The notes: generated by a model not told the origin, from the sequence alone. DNA of 29,679 bases from Desulfurivibrionaceae bacterium (GCA_041556375.1 JBFFIS010000001.1:1-29679); one strand, 5' to 3'; shown: positions 17,565 to 25,804, counted from the stretch's first letter. Made by a program: numbers and translations.

Positions 17565-17641
17565 CCAGGGCAAGGGTGGTACCTTTTGACAGCGAAGTGT
17601 GAGGTCAGCAGGAATTTTGAGCCTCAGAAGTTTTGCCCTGG
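17565..17641. repeat. 77-bp inverted-repeat-bounded element starting right after the pepF stop
   Basis: CCAGGGCAA (17565-17573) pairs with TTGCCCTGG (17633-17641), enclosing an inner TGAGG/CCTCA stem. Confidence 0.4.
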
Positions 17642-17716
17642 GTTCGTGGCGAGCGCCTGCGCTCTGCGACATTTATTTCCGCCATCACCCCCTGCTCCTG
17701 GCCGGGTTCGAGCCTT

Positions 17717-18385
17717 TCACTTAGAATCTCCATCTTCGGGAGATTTTGTTTTGCTGGCCTTGGCTGGCTCCGGCAGGAGGGTGTAGTCTGCCGGCAGGCT
17801 AAAATGGTCATTCTGGCGGGGGCTGAGCTTGGCCTCTAGCCATTCCACTGTGATCTGATACTCCGGGTCCACCCATTTCAAGGGGTAGCCCGGCAAATCA
17901 ACGGCCTCCCAGAGCTGGCCGTCATAGGGGCGCTCAACCCCAGGAACTCTGACCTCCGCTTCATATTTGACGGCCTTGCGGCCGGCTATGACCTCCTCGG
18001 CCACCCGTTTTTTGGTGATCGTGACATTGGGTTGAAAGAAATGGGGGACGCTGCGTCCCATGACCGCCACTGACATCTCCTTGTACTGTTTCGCACTGGG
18101 CGCCATGAGCCAGAGAACCTTGGTGTCATAATCGGCGATGACGGTGGAAAAGGTGCGGCCGCCAAGGACCTGGATGCGCAGATGGGGGCCGTTGGCGACG
18201 ATTTTAGCCATGGAGGTCCGGTGGTCGGCGACTGTGGTTTTCATTTTGGCTTCAAAGCTCAGATTGGCGGCATGGATCATTCCCGGGGCGCCGATGATGA
18301 GGACGGCCGGTAAGAGCCAGGCGAGACTGGTGGCCAATTTTCTCTTTGTTTGGCTGCCCTCTTGTCCTAAATAACGTGTTTTCAT
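17717..18385 (-). CDS. Secreted hypothetical protein (DUF4412-like)
   Basis: GAGG RBS; signal-like segment ending IHA; I..DYD.K.LW.M.PS.K.Y.EM, E.I.G.K..KY.., F.LP.DY pattern. Confidence 0.75.
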   Translation of the reverse strand: MKTRYLGQEGSQTKRKLATSLAWLLPAVLIIGAPGMIHAANLSFEAKMKTTVADHRTSMAKIVANGPHLRIQVLGGRTFSTVIADYDTKVLWLMAPSAKQYKEMSVAVMGRSVPHFFQPNVTITKKRVAEEVIAGRKAVKYEAEVRVPGVERPYDGQLWEAVDLPGYPLKWVDPEYQITVEWLEAKLSPRQNDHFSLPADYTLLPEPAKASKTKSPEDGDSK

Positions 18386-18466
18386 GCAATACCTCGCTGC
18401 TTAAACAAGGGGCATCGGCCTCACATGGAGACCGTTGCCCAGCGCTTTTTAAGCGGGAAAAAGTTT

Positions 18467-20113
18467 TTATCGTATAGCAACCGGCACGGTCACCGCACTG
18501 CCCAGTTCAGAGATGATCGTTACATTGTCAACATAGGTGACGCCGGGCAGGCCGATTTTGAAGATATCATTGGCCGCATCATAGACCATGGCCCTGGTAA
18601 CACCATCGTAGATGATGGCCAGATTGGCGATTTCGCCGGCATCGCTGGTGGCCTCGACCTTGAGGACAGCCTGGGCCGAGATGAACTCGGCCTGGGTGAC
18701 GGTGATCAGGTCAATATCGCCGCCGGTGGGCGGGGTGTCGTCACCGCTATAGGCCGGGTCTTCCCACTCGATGATGAGCTGGGCGTCCATGATATCCGTG
18801 CCGCTGTACTCGCCCTTGATGTAGAGCATCAGGTCAAGATCCGCCGACAGGGGGCAGCCCTCATAGGAGATACCGTCCTTAACGGTGTCGGTGGGGTCAA
18901 AGGGGTTAAGGTCGTTATTGTCGTTCCAGCCCGCAGACGAGGTAAGCGGCGAAGGGAAGTTGGGGTCAACCACCTTGGTGATCTCATCACGATAGCCCCA
19001 GGCCAAAAGGTCGATGGTGGTGGTGGCGAGCTGGCCTGCCACATAGGCCGGAATCTCGACGCCGGGAATGTCCTGGCCATACTTACTTGACTTCAGGCGA
19101 TAACGGGGGTTGTCGCCGCCAAAGGGATCGCGGTCCATACTGGTGTACCAGGCGTTGGTGTAGCCGTACCACAGGTCAACGGCGTCAGCACTGACATCGG
19201 CCAGGGCCGGATCTTTGAGAACCGTGCCCGCCGGGATGAAATCGCCGTCACCCTCAAAGGCGTCCTTGTCGGAAAGCCAGCGACCCGAGGCGTCGACGGT
19301 GTAGCCGGGCTTGATGCCGGAGGCCCACTCATTTTCATAATCCTCAGGACGGATCTGGTCATTGGGGCTGGTTGTGATGCGGTGGGTGATGGTGAGCTTG
19401 GCCGATTTAACCACATAGTCGGCACCGCTAACCTTCCAGGCCTCGGGCACCGGCATCTGCTTGTAAAGACGAAGCTGGGTGGGACGCTTCTTGTAATTAC
19501 CCCACTGGTAGAGGATCTTGCCGTCATCCTTCCAGCGCGTCGTGTAATCGCCGAGGTTCATTAACTCATCCGTGACGGGATCACGTTGGATTTCCACCAG
19601 GGGTGGCATCCAGGGGGCATTCATAATGTGCTCCATGACACAGTACTTTTCTGTGCCCGCCTTAACGGCAAGACCGCCTAAGCCCGCCATGATTTCTCCC
19701 TTCATCATGCCGGTGAGGTAGCCCGGGGTCTCATCGTTTTTGACCGTAACACCGATGACATTGCCGCCGGTATCGGTGATCTCGGCAATATAGCCCTCGC
19801 TATAGATGCCGTCCATGGGCCGGTTTTCGGCGGCCACAGTGGGGTCGAAATCCATGACGTCAAAGCCGTAGGCCGAATCAATGGCGTAATGCGTCAGGGT
19901 GTCTTTAAAGAAATCGAGGTCGACCAAGGGGTTGGCCGTGTCCAGGCAGGCGGTGCCACGCAGAGTCGAATCGCACTGGACATCGTCAATGGTAAACGGC
20001 ATCTTGGGACTGACATAGACCCGGGTACCGGCTTCGACAGCGCTGCCGGCCAGCAGGCAGGCGGCGGTAATACAAGCTGCACTGTAAATCTTCCTTCTTG
20101 CTCTCTCCTTCAT
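18467..20113 (-). CDS. Secreted/cell-surface acidic protein of unknown function (548 aa) with a C-terminal beta-rich module
   Basis: GGAGGA RBS before ATG 20113; signal peptide MKERARRKIYSAACITAACLLAGSAVEA; Asp/Gly/Tyr-rich body. The extension to 20395 in the track runs through promoter DNA and is not supported. Confidence 0.85.
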   Translation of the reverse strand: MKERARRKIYSAACITAACLLAGSAVEAGTRVYVSPKMPFTIDDVQCDSTLRGTACLDTANPLVDLDFFKDTLTHYAIDSAYGFDVMDFDPTVAAENRPMDGIYSEGYIAEITDTGGNVIGVTVKNDETPGYLTGMMKGEIMAGLGGLAVKAGTEKYCVMEHIMNAPWMPPLVEIQRDPVTDELMNLGDYTTRWKDDGKILYQWGNYKKRPTQLRLYKQMPVPEAWKVSGADYVVKSAKLTITHRITTSPNDQIRPEDYENEWASGIKPGYTVDASGRWLSDKDAFEGDGDFIPAGTVLKDPALADVSADAVDLWYGYTNAWYTSMDRDPFGGDNPRYRLKSSKYGQDIPGVEIPAYVAGQLATTTIDLLAWGYRDEITKVVDPNFPSPLTSSAGWNDNNDLNPFDPTDTVKDGISYEGCPLSADLDLMLYIKGEYSGTDIMDAQLIIEWEDPAYSGDDTPPTGGDIDLITVTQAEFISAQAVLKVEATSDAGEIANLAIIYDGVTRAMVYDAANDIFKIGLPGVTYVDNVTIISELGSAVTVPVAIR

Positions 20114-20210
20114 TTGAACTTCCTCCACTTCAAGCAGGGGAGAAAGATCTGCTCTCTCGCCTGCTGGGATGTTCTCCTCCTTAGAAAGAACCCTTCCCTG
20201 AAATGGGAAA

Positions 20211-20227
20211 AGCAATTCACATGCCTT
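20211..20227 (-). promoter_or_regulatory. Sigma54 (-24/-12) promoter for the secreted protein gene
   Basis: The minus strand reads AAGGCATGTGAATTGCT: GG-N10-GC with the TTGC element, matching TGGCACG-N4-TTGC, about 100 nt upstream of the ATG. Confidence 0.72.
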
Positions 20228-20294
20228 AAATCCGACACAACTGTGGCAAAAAGAGGCTGGCGGGTGTAAGCTGGGTAGTTTTACCGATACGGAT

Positions 20295-20315
20295 GGTGCG
20301 GTAAATTGTCGCACC
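20295..20315. promoter_or_regulatory. Inverted repeat, candidate enhancer (bEBP UAS)
   Basis: GGTGCG-N9-CGCACC, about 70-90 bp upstream of the -24 element. Confidence 0.4.
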
Positions 20316-20672
20316 GGGGTTGTCTGTCTGGTAGGGTGACATGAAAAAATCTTTGTTAACAACCGGTTGCGATGGGTGGTTAAGGGGTTGGTCAACGGGA
20401 ATGTTGATCCGTGAAAATAAGTATTCTTGGACGGCGAAGGCCTGTTTGTCAGCGGTCAGGTGGTTTGTTTCTGGTCAGTAATCAGCCATGGAGTGGCTAG
20501 AAAATGATTTTGCAGCGCTTGGTGTAAAAGCGAAAAGACCATGAAGTTGGTCCGCTTGATCAGGTACAGATAAAGAAAGGAGTTAGGAACTCTGCTTCCG
20601 CTGGCCAGGCATCGTTTCGTTTTTTGTCGGAGTTGTGATGAGGCCCTATGTTGTATGCAGAGGTGTGACAGT

Positions 20673-22979
20673 ATGAACTATATAAAAACCAAAGATCCGA
20701 AGTACTCACGGATCGAGCTTATCGCCTACGGCCAGGTAATCGGCCTTACCCTGCTGCTTGTTTTTACCTTTCTGGCCGGGCAGCGAAATAGCCAGGAAAA
20801 CATCAAAAAACTGGCTGAAACGAATGCCCGTACCCACTCCCAGAAAGATTCCAGCTATCGACAACTGTTTATCGCCAGTGGCGGCGCCTATATAACACTC
20901 GGTAAGGAAATTCTTCCAGACGAGACCTTGTCCCACCGGCACGACCGCGATATTGTGACCCGGGATGGCAAAGTGGCCACGCTGGTCAGTCCGAAAAATC
21001 TTTTACATCTTGCCAATGATCTCCTGCCAGCAGATGGCCATGGGCACCGGATTGTTTCTGTCATAAAGACCTTGCATCCCTTGAGTCAGGAAGACACGCC
21101 GGACGAATGGGAAGCTCAGGCCTTGCGCGGGCTGCAACAGGGTAGGGCTGAAGTCAGCGAGGTGATGGACAGGGATGGTCGCAAGTTTCTACGCTATATG
21201 TACCCTGTTTTGGCTACCCGGGGATGCCTAAAAAACAGGCCGGATAATGATCTTAAGGTGGGTGACCTGCTTGGGGGGCTCAGTGTCACCGTGCCCATGG
21301 ATCTTTTTGATTATCTTCGTCAAGAACATACCCGCCACTCTTTCTATCTTCACTTCATTCTCTGGCTTCTGGGTGTTGCCGGTATCTTTTGGAGTTTCCG
21401 TAAGGTTCAAAAACGGGATGCTGAAATTCTTGCGGCCCAGAAGGCCCAGAGAGATGCCTATGAAGAGCTGGAAAAGACCTTTGACGCCATCGACGGCATC
21501 ATCACCATCCAAGACCAGGATATGCGGATCACCAGGGTAAACAGGGCTACCTGTGAGACTTTTAACGCCACCATGGCAGATTTGATCGGCAAGTACTGTT
21601 ATGAGGTGTTTCGTGGTACCACTAAGCCCTGCGAGGGCTGTCCGGAAATCAAGTCCTTGCAAGATGGTATCTTGCACCACAGTGAGATAGAGCATACAAA
21701 CCTGCAGAAAATCTTTGCTGTCTCCGCTGCTCCTATTGTTAATGACAGTGGTGAGACCACCAAACTTGTCCATTATGCTAAGGACATTACTGAAAGCCGC
21801 CGTCAGGAAAAGCAGCTGCGCCAGGCCCAGAAAATGGAAGCTGTCGGGACTCTAGCCGGTGGTATTGCTCATGATTTTAATAACATCCTTACGGCCATTA
21901 TCGGTTTTTCCGAGCTGGTGTTGATGCGTTCGAGCCTTAATGACGAGATCGGCCAAGATGTTAACCAGATCCATCAAGCCGGTCTCCGGGCCAAGGATCT
22001 TGTGCAACAGATCCTTACCTTCAGTCGTAAGGGCGAGCAGGACTTTCAGCCCCTTCAGGTTCAGCCAGTTGTGAAGGAGGCCTTGAAGCTTCTGCGTGCC
22101 AGTATTCCAGCAACCATTGCCTTTAAGGGTGATATTGCGGAAGGGAGTGCTTTGGTAATTGCCGACCCATCACAGGTGCATCAGGTTGTTATGAACCTTT
22201 GCACCAATGCCTATCATGCCATGCGTGATCTTGGCGGCATACTGACGGTCACTCTCAAATCGGTGGAATTAGGCGAAGAGGATGTGCGAGAAAAGAGGGG
22301 GGTCAAGCCGGGTTCTTACCAGCTTTTGACCGTTGCTGATACGGGAAAGGGGATCAAAAAAGAGCTGCACGATAGAATCTTTGAGCCCTATTTCACAACC
22401 AAGGAAAAAGGTGATGGAACCGGTTTGGGCCTGTCGTTGGTGCATGGCATTGTGCGTTCCATGGGTGGGGCTATTGCCGTGGAGAGTGAGGAGGGCCAAG
22501 GAACCACTTTTTGTGTTTACCTGCCGGTCGTTTCTGACTCGGAGGTGGCTAAGAAGAATGAAGCAGCATGGCAGGGCCGGATGCCCATCGGCAGCGAGCG
22601 CATTCTTCTCGTTGACGATGAGGAAAGTATTATTACCATGGAAAGGCGCACCTTGGAGAGCCTGGGGTATAAGGTTACAGCCTTCTATGATCCTCTTGAG
22701 GCCAGAGAAGTTTTTATGGCTGAGCCAGAAAACTTCGACCTGGTGATTAGCGATATGAATATGCCTCACTTGTCAGGGCTTGATTTGGTCGAGTTTATGA
22801 AAGGCCTACGCCCGGATCTGCCAATTATTATAAGTACCGGTTTCAGTGATCAGATTGACACCAAGACGGCGCAAAAATATGGGGTGACAACGGTTATGAT
22901 GAAACCTGTGTTGTTGCATGAACTGGCCCAAGAAGTTCGCCTTGCCCTTGACGTTTTTAAGGCAAGCAAGGAGTCATAG
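20673..22979 (+). CDS. Hybrid sensor histidine kinase (TM-DUF3365/Tll0287-like-TM-PAS-HisKA-HATPase-REC)
   Basis: KD..YR....GG.Y, PD.WE..AL, RYMYP....CLK...KVGD..GGLSV.VP (DUF3365); LAGGIAHDFNN; HQVVMNLCTNA; IFEPYFTTK; GTGLGL; ILLVDDE..SDMNMP..KP. GAGG RBS favours 20673 over 20655. Confidence 0.93.
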   Translation: MNYIKTKDPKYSRIELIAYGQVIGLTLLLVFTFLAGQRNSQENIKKLAETNARTHSQKDSSYRQLFIASGGAYITLGKEILPDETLSHRHDRDIVTRDGKVATLVSPKNLLHLANDLLPADGHGHRIVSVIKTLHPLSQEDTPDEWEAQALRGLQQGRAEVSEVMDRDGRKFLRYMYPVLATRGCLKNRPDNDLKVGDLLGGLSVTVPMDLFDYLRQEHTRHSFYLHFILWLLGVAGIFWSFRKVQKRDAEILAAQKAQRDAYEELEKTFDAIDGIITIQDQDMRITRVNRATCETFNATMADLIGKYCYEVFRGTTKPCEGCPEIKSLQDGILHHSEIEHTNLQKIFAVSAAPIVNDSGETTKLVHYAKDITESRRQEKQLRQAQKMEAVGTLAGGIAHDFNNILTAIIGFSELVLMRSSLNDEIGQDVNQIHQAGLRAKDLVQQILTFSRKGEQDFQPLQVQPVVKEALKLLRASIPATIAFKGDIAEGSALVIADPSQVHQVVMNLCTNAYHAMRDLGGILTVTLKSVELGEEDVREKRGVKPGSYQLLTVADTGKGIKKELHDRIFEPYFTTKEKGDGTGLGLSLVHGIVRSMGGAIAVESEEGQGTTFCVYLPVVSDSEVAKKNEAAWQGRMPIGSERILLVDDEESIITMERRTLESLGYKVTAFYDPLEAREVFMAEPENFDLVISDMNMPHLSGLDLVEFMKGLRPDLPIIISTGFSDQIDTKTAQKYGVTTVMMKPVLLHELAQEVRLALDVFKASKES

Positions 22980-23002
22980 TGATACCCTTCTGGTTTTCGT
23001 TT

Positions 23003-23031
23003 TTGATATCAAGGTGAAAATGCGCTAGGCT
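23003..23031 (+). promoter_or_regulatory. Candidate sigma70 promoter of the TIM-like gene
   Basis: TTGATA-N17-TAGGCT, 36 nt upstream of the ATG. Confidence 0.5.
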
Positions 23032-23067
23032 TTACCTGTATAACTCTTTCTAACACAGGTATAAGCT

Positions 23068-23757
23068 ATGAATCGATATGTGGTGGCAAACTGGAAATCA
23101 AACAACACCCTAGCCGAGGGTCGGCAGTGGCTCAGCCATTTCCTTGGTCATTACCGTCCCCATCCAGACCTTACGGTCATTATTGCCCCGGCTTTTCCCT
23201 TTCTTGTGCCCCTCAAAGAACTGCTTGTTGACAGCAAAAGCGGCGTTCTGCTCGCTGCGCAGGATGTCTCACCCTTTCCTCTGGGTTCCTATACCGGGGC
23301 GGTGGCGGCTGAAATGCTCAATGGTATGGCAGACTATGTTCTGGTCGGCCATTCTGAGAGGCGTCGCTGGTTTCATGAAAGTAATCAAGAGGTGGCCAAC
23401 AAGGTCCACGAGGCAGTGACCATGGGCATCACCCCCATTCTCTGTGTTGATCAACCCTATGCCCGCGCCCAGTTTGCCGCCCTTTCCAACCATGAGCTGG
23501 CCAGCAGTATCATCGGCTATGGCCCGGTGGAGGCAGTTGGTGTTGATAGTGCCCCTTCACCAGAGCGGGTCAGCGCCGCTGTCAGCCAGTTGCAGGCCAT
23601 GGCCCCTGACAGCCCCATTCTGTACGGCGGCTCAGTCAGTGCTGAAAATGCCGGCGACTATATGCAGATTCGCGGCCTCGCTGGTCTGATGACGGCCACG
23701 GCCAGCCTCGACCCCCAGGAGTTTGCCGCCATCTGCCAGCTGGTTGCTGAAAGCTGA
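23068..23757 (+). CDS. Triosephosphate isomerase-like protein lacking the catalytic Glu (probable pseudo-enzyme)
   Basis: ANWK, AQDVS, G.YTG, VLVGHSERR, PILCV and ILYGGSV are present; AYEPVWAIG reads GYGPVEAVG and GGASL reads ATASL; it is shortened after CV. Confidence 0.9.
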   Translation: MNRYVVANWKSNNTLAEGRQWLSHFLGHYRPHPDLTVIIAPAFPFLVPLKELLVDSKSGVLLAAQDVSPFPLGSYTGAVAAEMLNGMADYVLVGHSERRRWFHESNQEVANKVHEAVTMGITPILCVDQPYARAQFAALSNHELASSIIGYGPVEAVGVDSAPSPERVSAAVSQLQAMAPDSPILYGGSVSAENAGDYMQIRGLAGLMTATASLDPQEFAAICQLVAES

Positions 23758-23896
23758 CAAGACGAGGTGCTGACATTCACCAAGGCACCATTATGTCTTG
23801 AATTCCCAATCGTAAAATAATTTCGAACTGTAGATGTTTTTCGGGGATGTTTGCCCACCAAAGAAGAAAATGCATTGTGGAAAGGAGGAAGATGCC

Positions 23897-25774
23897 GTGG
23901 CAAAGGAGAGAAAAACCATTGAGGACAAATCTATCTGGGATGACGCCCGCCAGATGCTGGCCAAAGCCGAAAAGGATGGTGTGGAAACGGCCTGGGATCG
24001 CCTTGATCAGCAAAGCCCCCATTGCCAGTTCGGTGAAAGCGGTGTCTGTTGCCGGCTCTGCACCATGGGTCCGTGTCGGGTTGGCAAGAAGGCGGCGCGC
24101 GGCGTCTGCGGCGCTGATGGTGATGTCATCGTGGCTCGAAATTTCGGCCGTTTTGTCGCTGGTGGATCGGCAGGCCATTCCGACCACGGCCGTGACTGTA
24201 TTGAGGCCTTGTATGATGTGGCCCACGGCAAGACCAAGGATTATAGCATCAAGGACGAGGCCAAAATGCGCCGTATTGCTGTAGAGCTTGGTATTACTGA
24301 ACAGGGCCGGGACACCCTGGAGGTGGCCAAGGATCTGGCTGATGAGTTTTACAGCAACTACGGCAGCAGGCGTGATGAGCTCTCCTTTCTGTGCCGAGTA
24401 CCACAGAAACGCAGGGATATCTGGAAAAACTTAGGGATGACGCCACGCGGTGTCGACCGGGAGATTGCCGAGATGATGCATCGCACCCATATGGGTTGCG
24501 ATAATGATGCCGTTAACACCATGGTCCATAGTGCCCGCACCTGTCTGGCCGACGGCTGGGCCGGCTCGATGATCGCCACCGAGATTTCCGATATCCTCTT
24601 TGGCACGCCAACACCACGCACCTCCATGGCCAATCTCGGCGTCATCAGGGAGGACCAGGTCAATATTTTGGTTCATGGCCACAACCCCATTGTCTCTGAA
24701 AAGATTGTTGAGGCGGTGAATGATCCAGAGCTTATTGCCCTGGCCAAGGAGAAGGGGGCCAGCGGCATTAATCTCGCCGGCCTGTGCTGCACCGGTAACG
24801 AACTCATGATGCGCCAAGGCGTCCCCATGGCCGGCAACCATCTGATGACCGAACTTGCCATTGTCACCGGGGCCGTGGAGCTTATTGTTGTTGATTATCA
24901 ATGTATCATGCCCAGCCTGGTCACTGTCGGTAACTGCTATCACACCAAGATGGTGACCACCGCCGACAAGGCCCGGTTCAGCGGTGCCGAACATGTCAAG
25001 TTTGGGATGGACAATGGTCGGGCCCAGGCCCGAAAGGTGGTGGAGATGGCCATTGACCGCTTTGCCCTGCGCGATAAGGGCCGGGTGCAGATCCCGGAAG
25101 GACCGGTGGAGCTGATGACCGGCTTTTCCAACGAGGCCCTGCTTGCCGCCCTGGGCGGCAGCCTGACCCCCCTCATTGAGGCCATCAAGGCCGGCAAGAT
25201 TCGCGGTGCAGTGGCCATTGTCGGTTGTAATAATCCCAAATATCAGCAGGATTACTGCAACGTCAATCTGGCCAAGGAGTTGATTAAAAGGGATATCCTG
25301 GTCTTGGTCACCGGGTGCGTGACCACGGCCACCGGCAAGGCCGGTTTGTTGGTGCCCGAGGCCATCAGCCAGGCTGGCCCCGGCCTCCAGGAGATCTGCG
25401 GTGCCCTCGGCATCCCGCCGGTAGTTCATATGGGCAGCTGTGTTGATAACGCCCGGATTATCCAGCTTGCCGCCTTGCTTGCCAACGAGCTGGGGGTCGA
25501 CATCTCGGATCTGCCCCTGGCCGGCTCTTCGCCTGAATGGTACTCGGAAAAGGCGGCTGCCATCGGCACCTATTGCGTGGCCTCGGGTATCTACACCCAT
25601 CTGGGCCATCCGCCCAATATCACCGGTTCGGAGCTGGTAACCAACCTGGCCCTGCAGGGACTTGACGATCTGGTGGGAGCCTGTTTTGTCATTGAGCCCG
25701 ATCCCTTCAAGGCAGCGGCGCTCATTGACGAGCGAATCAAGCAGAAGCGCACAGGCTTGGGGCTCAGTGCCTGA
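23897..25774 (+). CDS. cooS: Anaerobic Ni,Fe carbon monoxide dehydrogenase catalytic subunit
   Basis: C-x7-CC-x2-C-x4-C...GVCG (D/B clusters); GHSDHG; C-cluster ligands HGHNP, LCCTG, DYQCI, GCNN, GCV, GSCVDN; SEKA. AGGAGG 8 nt before GTG 23897. Confidence 0.97.
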   Translation: MAKERKTIEDKSIWDDARQMLAKAEKDGVETAWDRLDQQSPHCQFGESGVCCRLCTMGPCRVGKKAARGVCGADGDVIVARNFGRFVAGGSAGHSDHGRDCIEALYDVAHGKTKDYSIKDEAKMRRIAVELGITEQGRDTLEVAKDLADEFYSNYGSRRDELSFLCRVPQKRRDIWKNLGMTPRGVDREIAEMMHRTHMGCDNDAVNTMVHSARTCLADGWAGSMIATEISDILFGTPTPRTSMANLGVIREDQVNILVHGHNPIVSEKIVEAVNDPELIALAKEKGASGINLAGLCCTGNELMMRQGVPMAGNHLMTELAIVTGAVELIVVDYQCIMPSLVTVGNCYHTKMVTTADKARFSGAEHVKFGMDNGRAQARKVVEMAIDRFALRDKGRVQIPEGPVELMTGFSNEALLAALGGSLTPLIEAIKAGKIRGAVAIVGCNNPKYQQDYCNVNLAKELIKRDILVLVTGCVTTATGKAGLLVPEAISQAGPGLQEICGALGIPPVVHMGSCVDNARIIQLAALLANELGVDISDLPLAGSSPEWYSEKAAAIGTYCVASGIYTHLGHPPNITGSELVTNLALQGLDDLVGACFVIEPDPFKAAALIDERIKQKRTGLGLSA

Positions 25775-25804
25775 TCCTTAGCCCCGTCTGACCTGGAGTG
25801 TTTC

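Noticed and set aside
17698-17716. GGGTTCGAGCC resembling a tRNA T-loop
   Set aside because: There is no complementary T-stem, acceptor stem or anticodon arm.
20114-20395. N-terminal extension of the secreted protein in the ORF track
   Set aside because: It crosses the sigma54 promoter and leader; the RBS and signal peptide support ATG 20113.
23750-23830. GCTGACA direct repeat and TCGTAAAATAATTTCGA near the cooS promoter as CooA or Rex sites
   Set aside because: Neither forms TGTCA-N6-TGACA, and the Rex-like match is only about 12/18; too weak to call.
23834-23896. 21-aa N-terminal extension of CooS containing Cys/His (CPPKKKMHC)
   Set aside because: AGGAGG lies inside it, 8 nt before GTG 23897, which is the better start.
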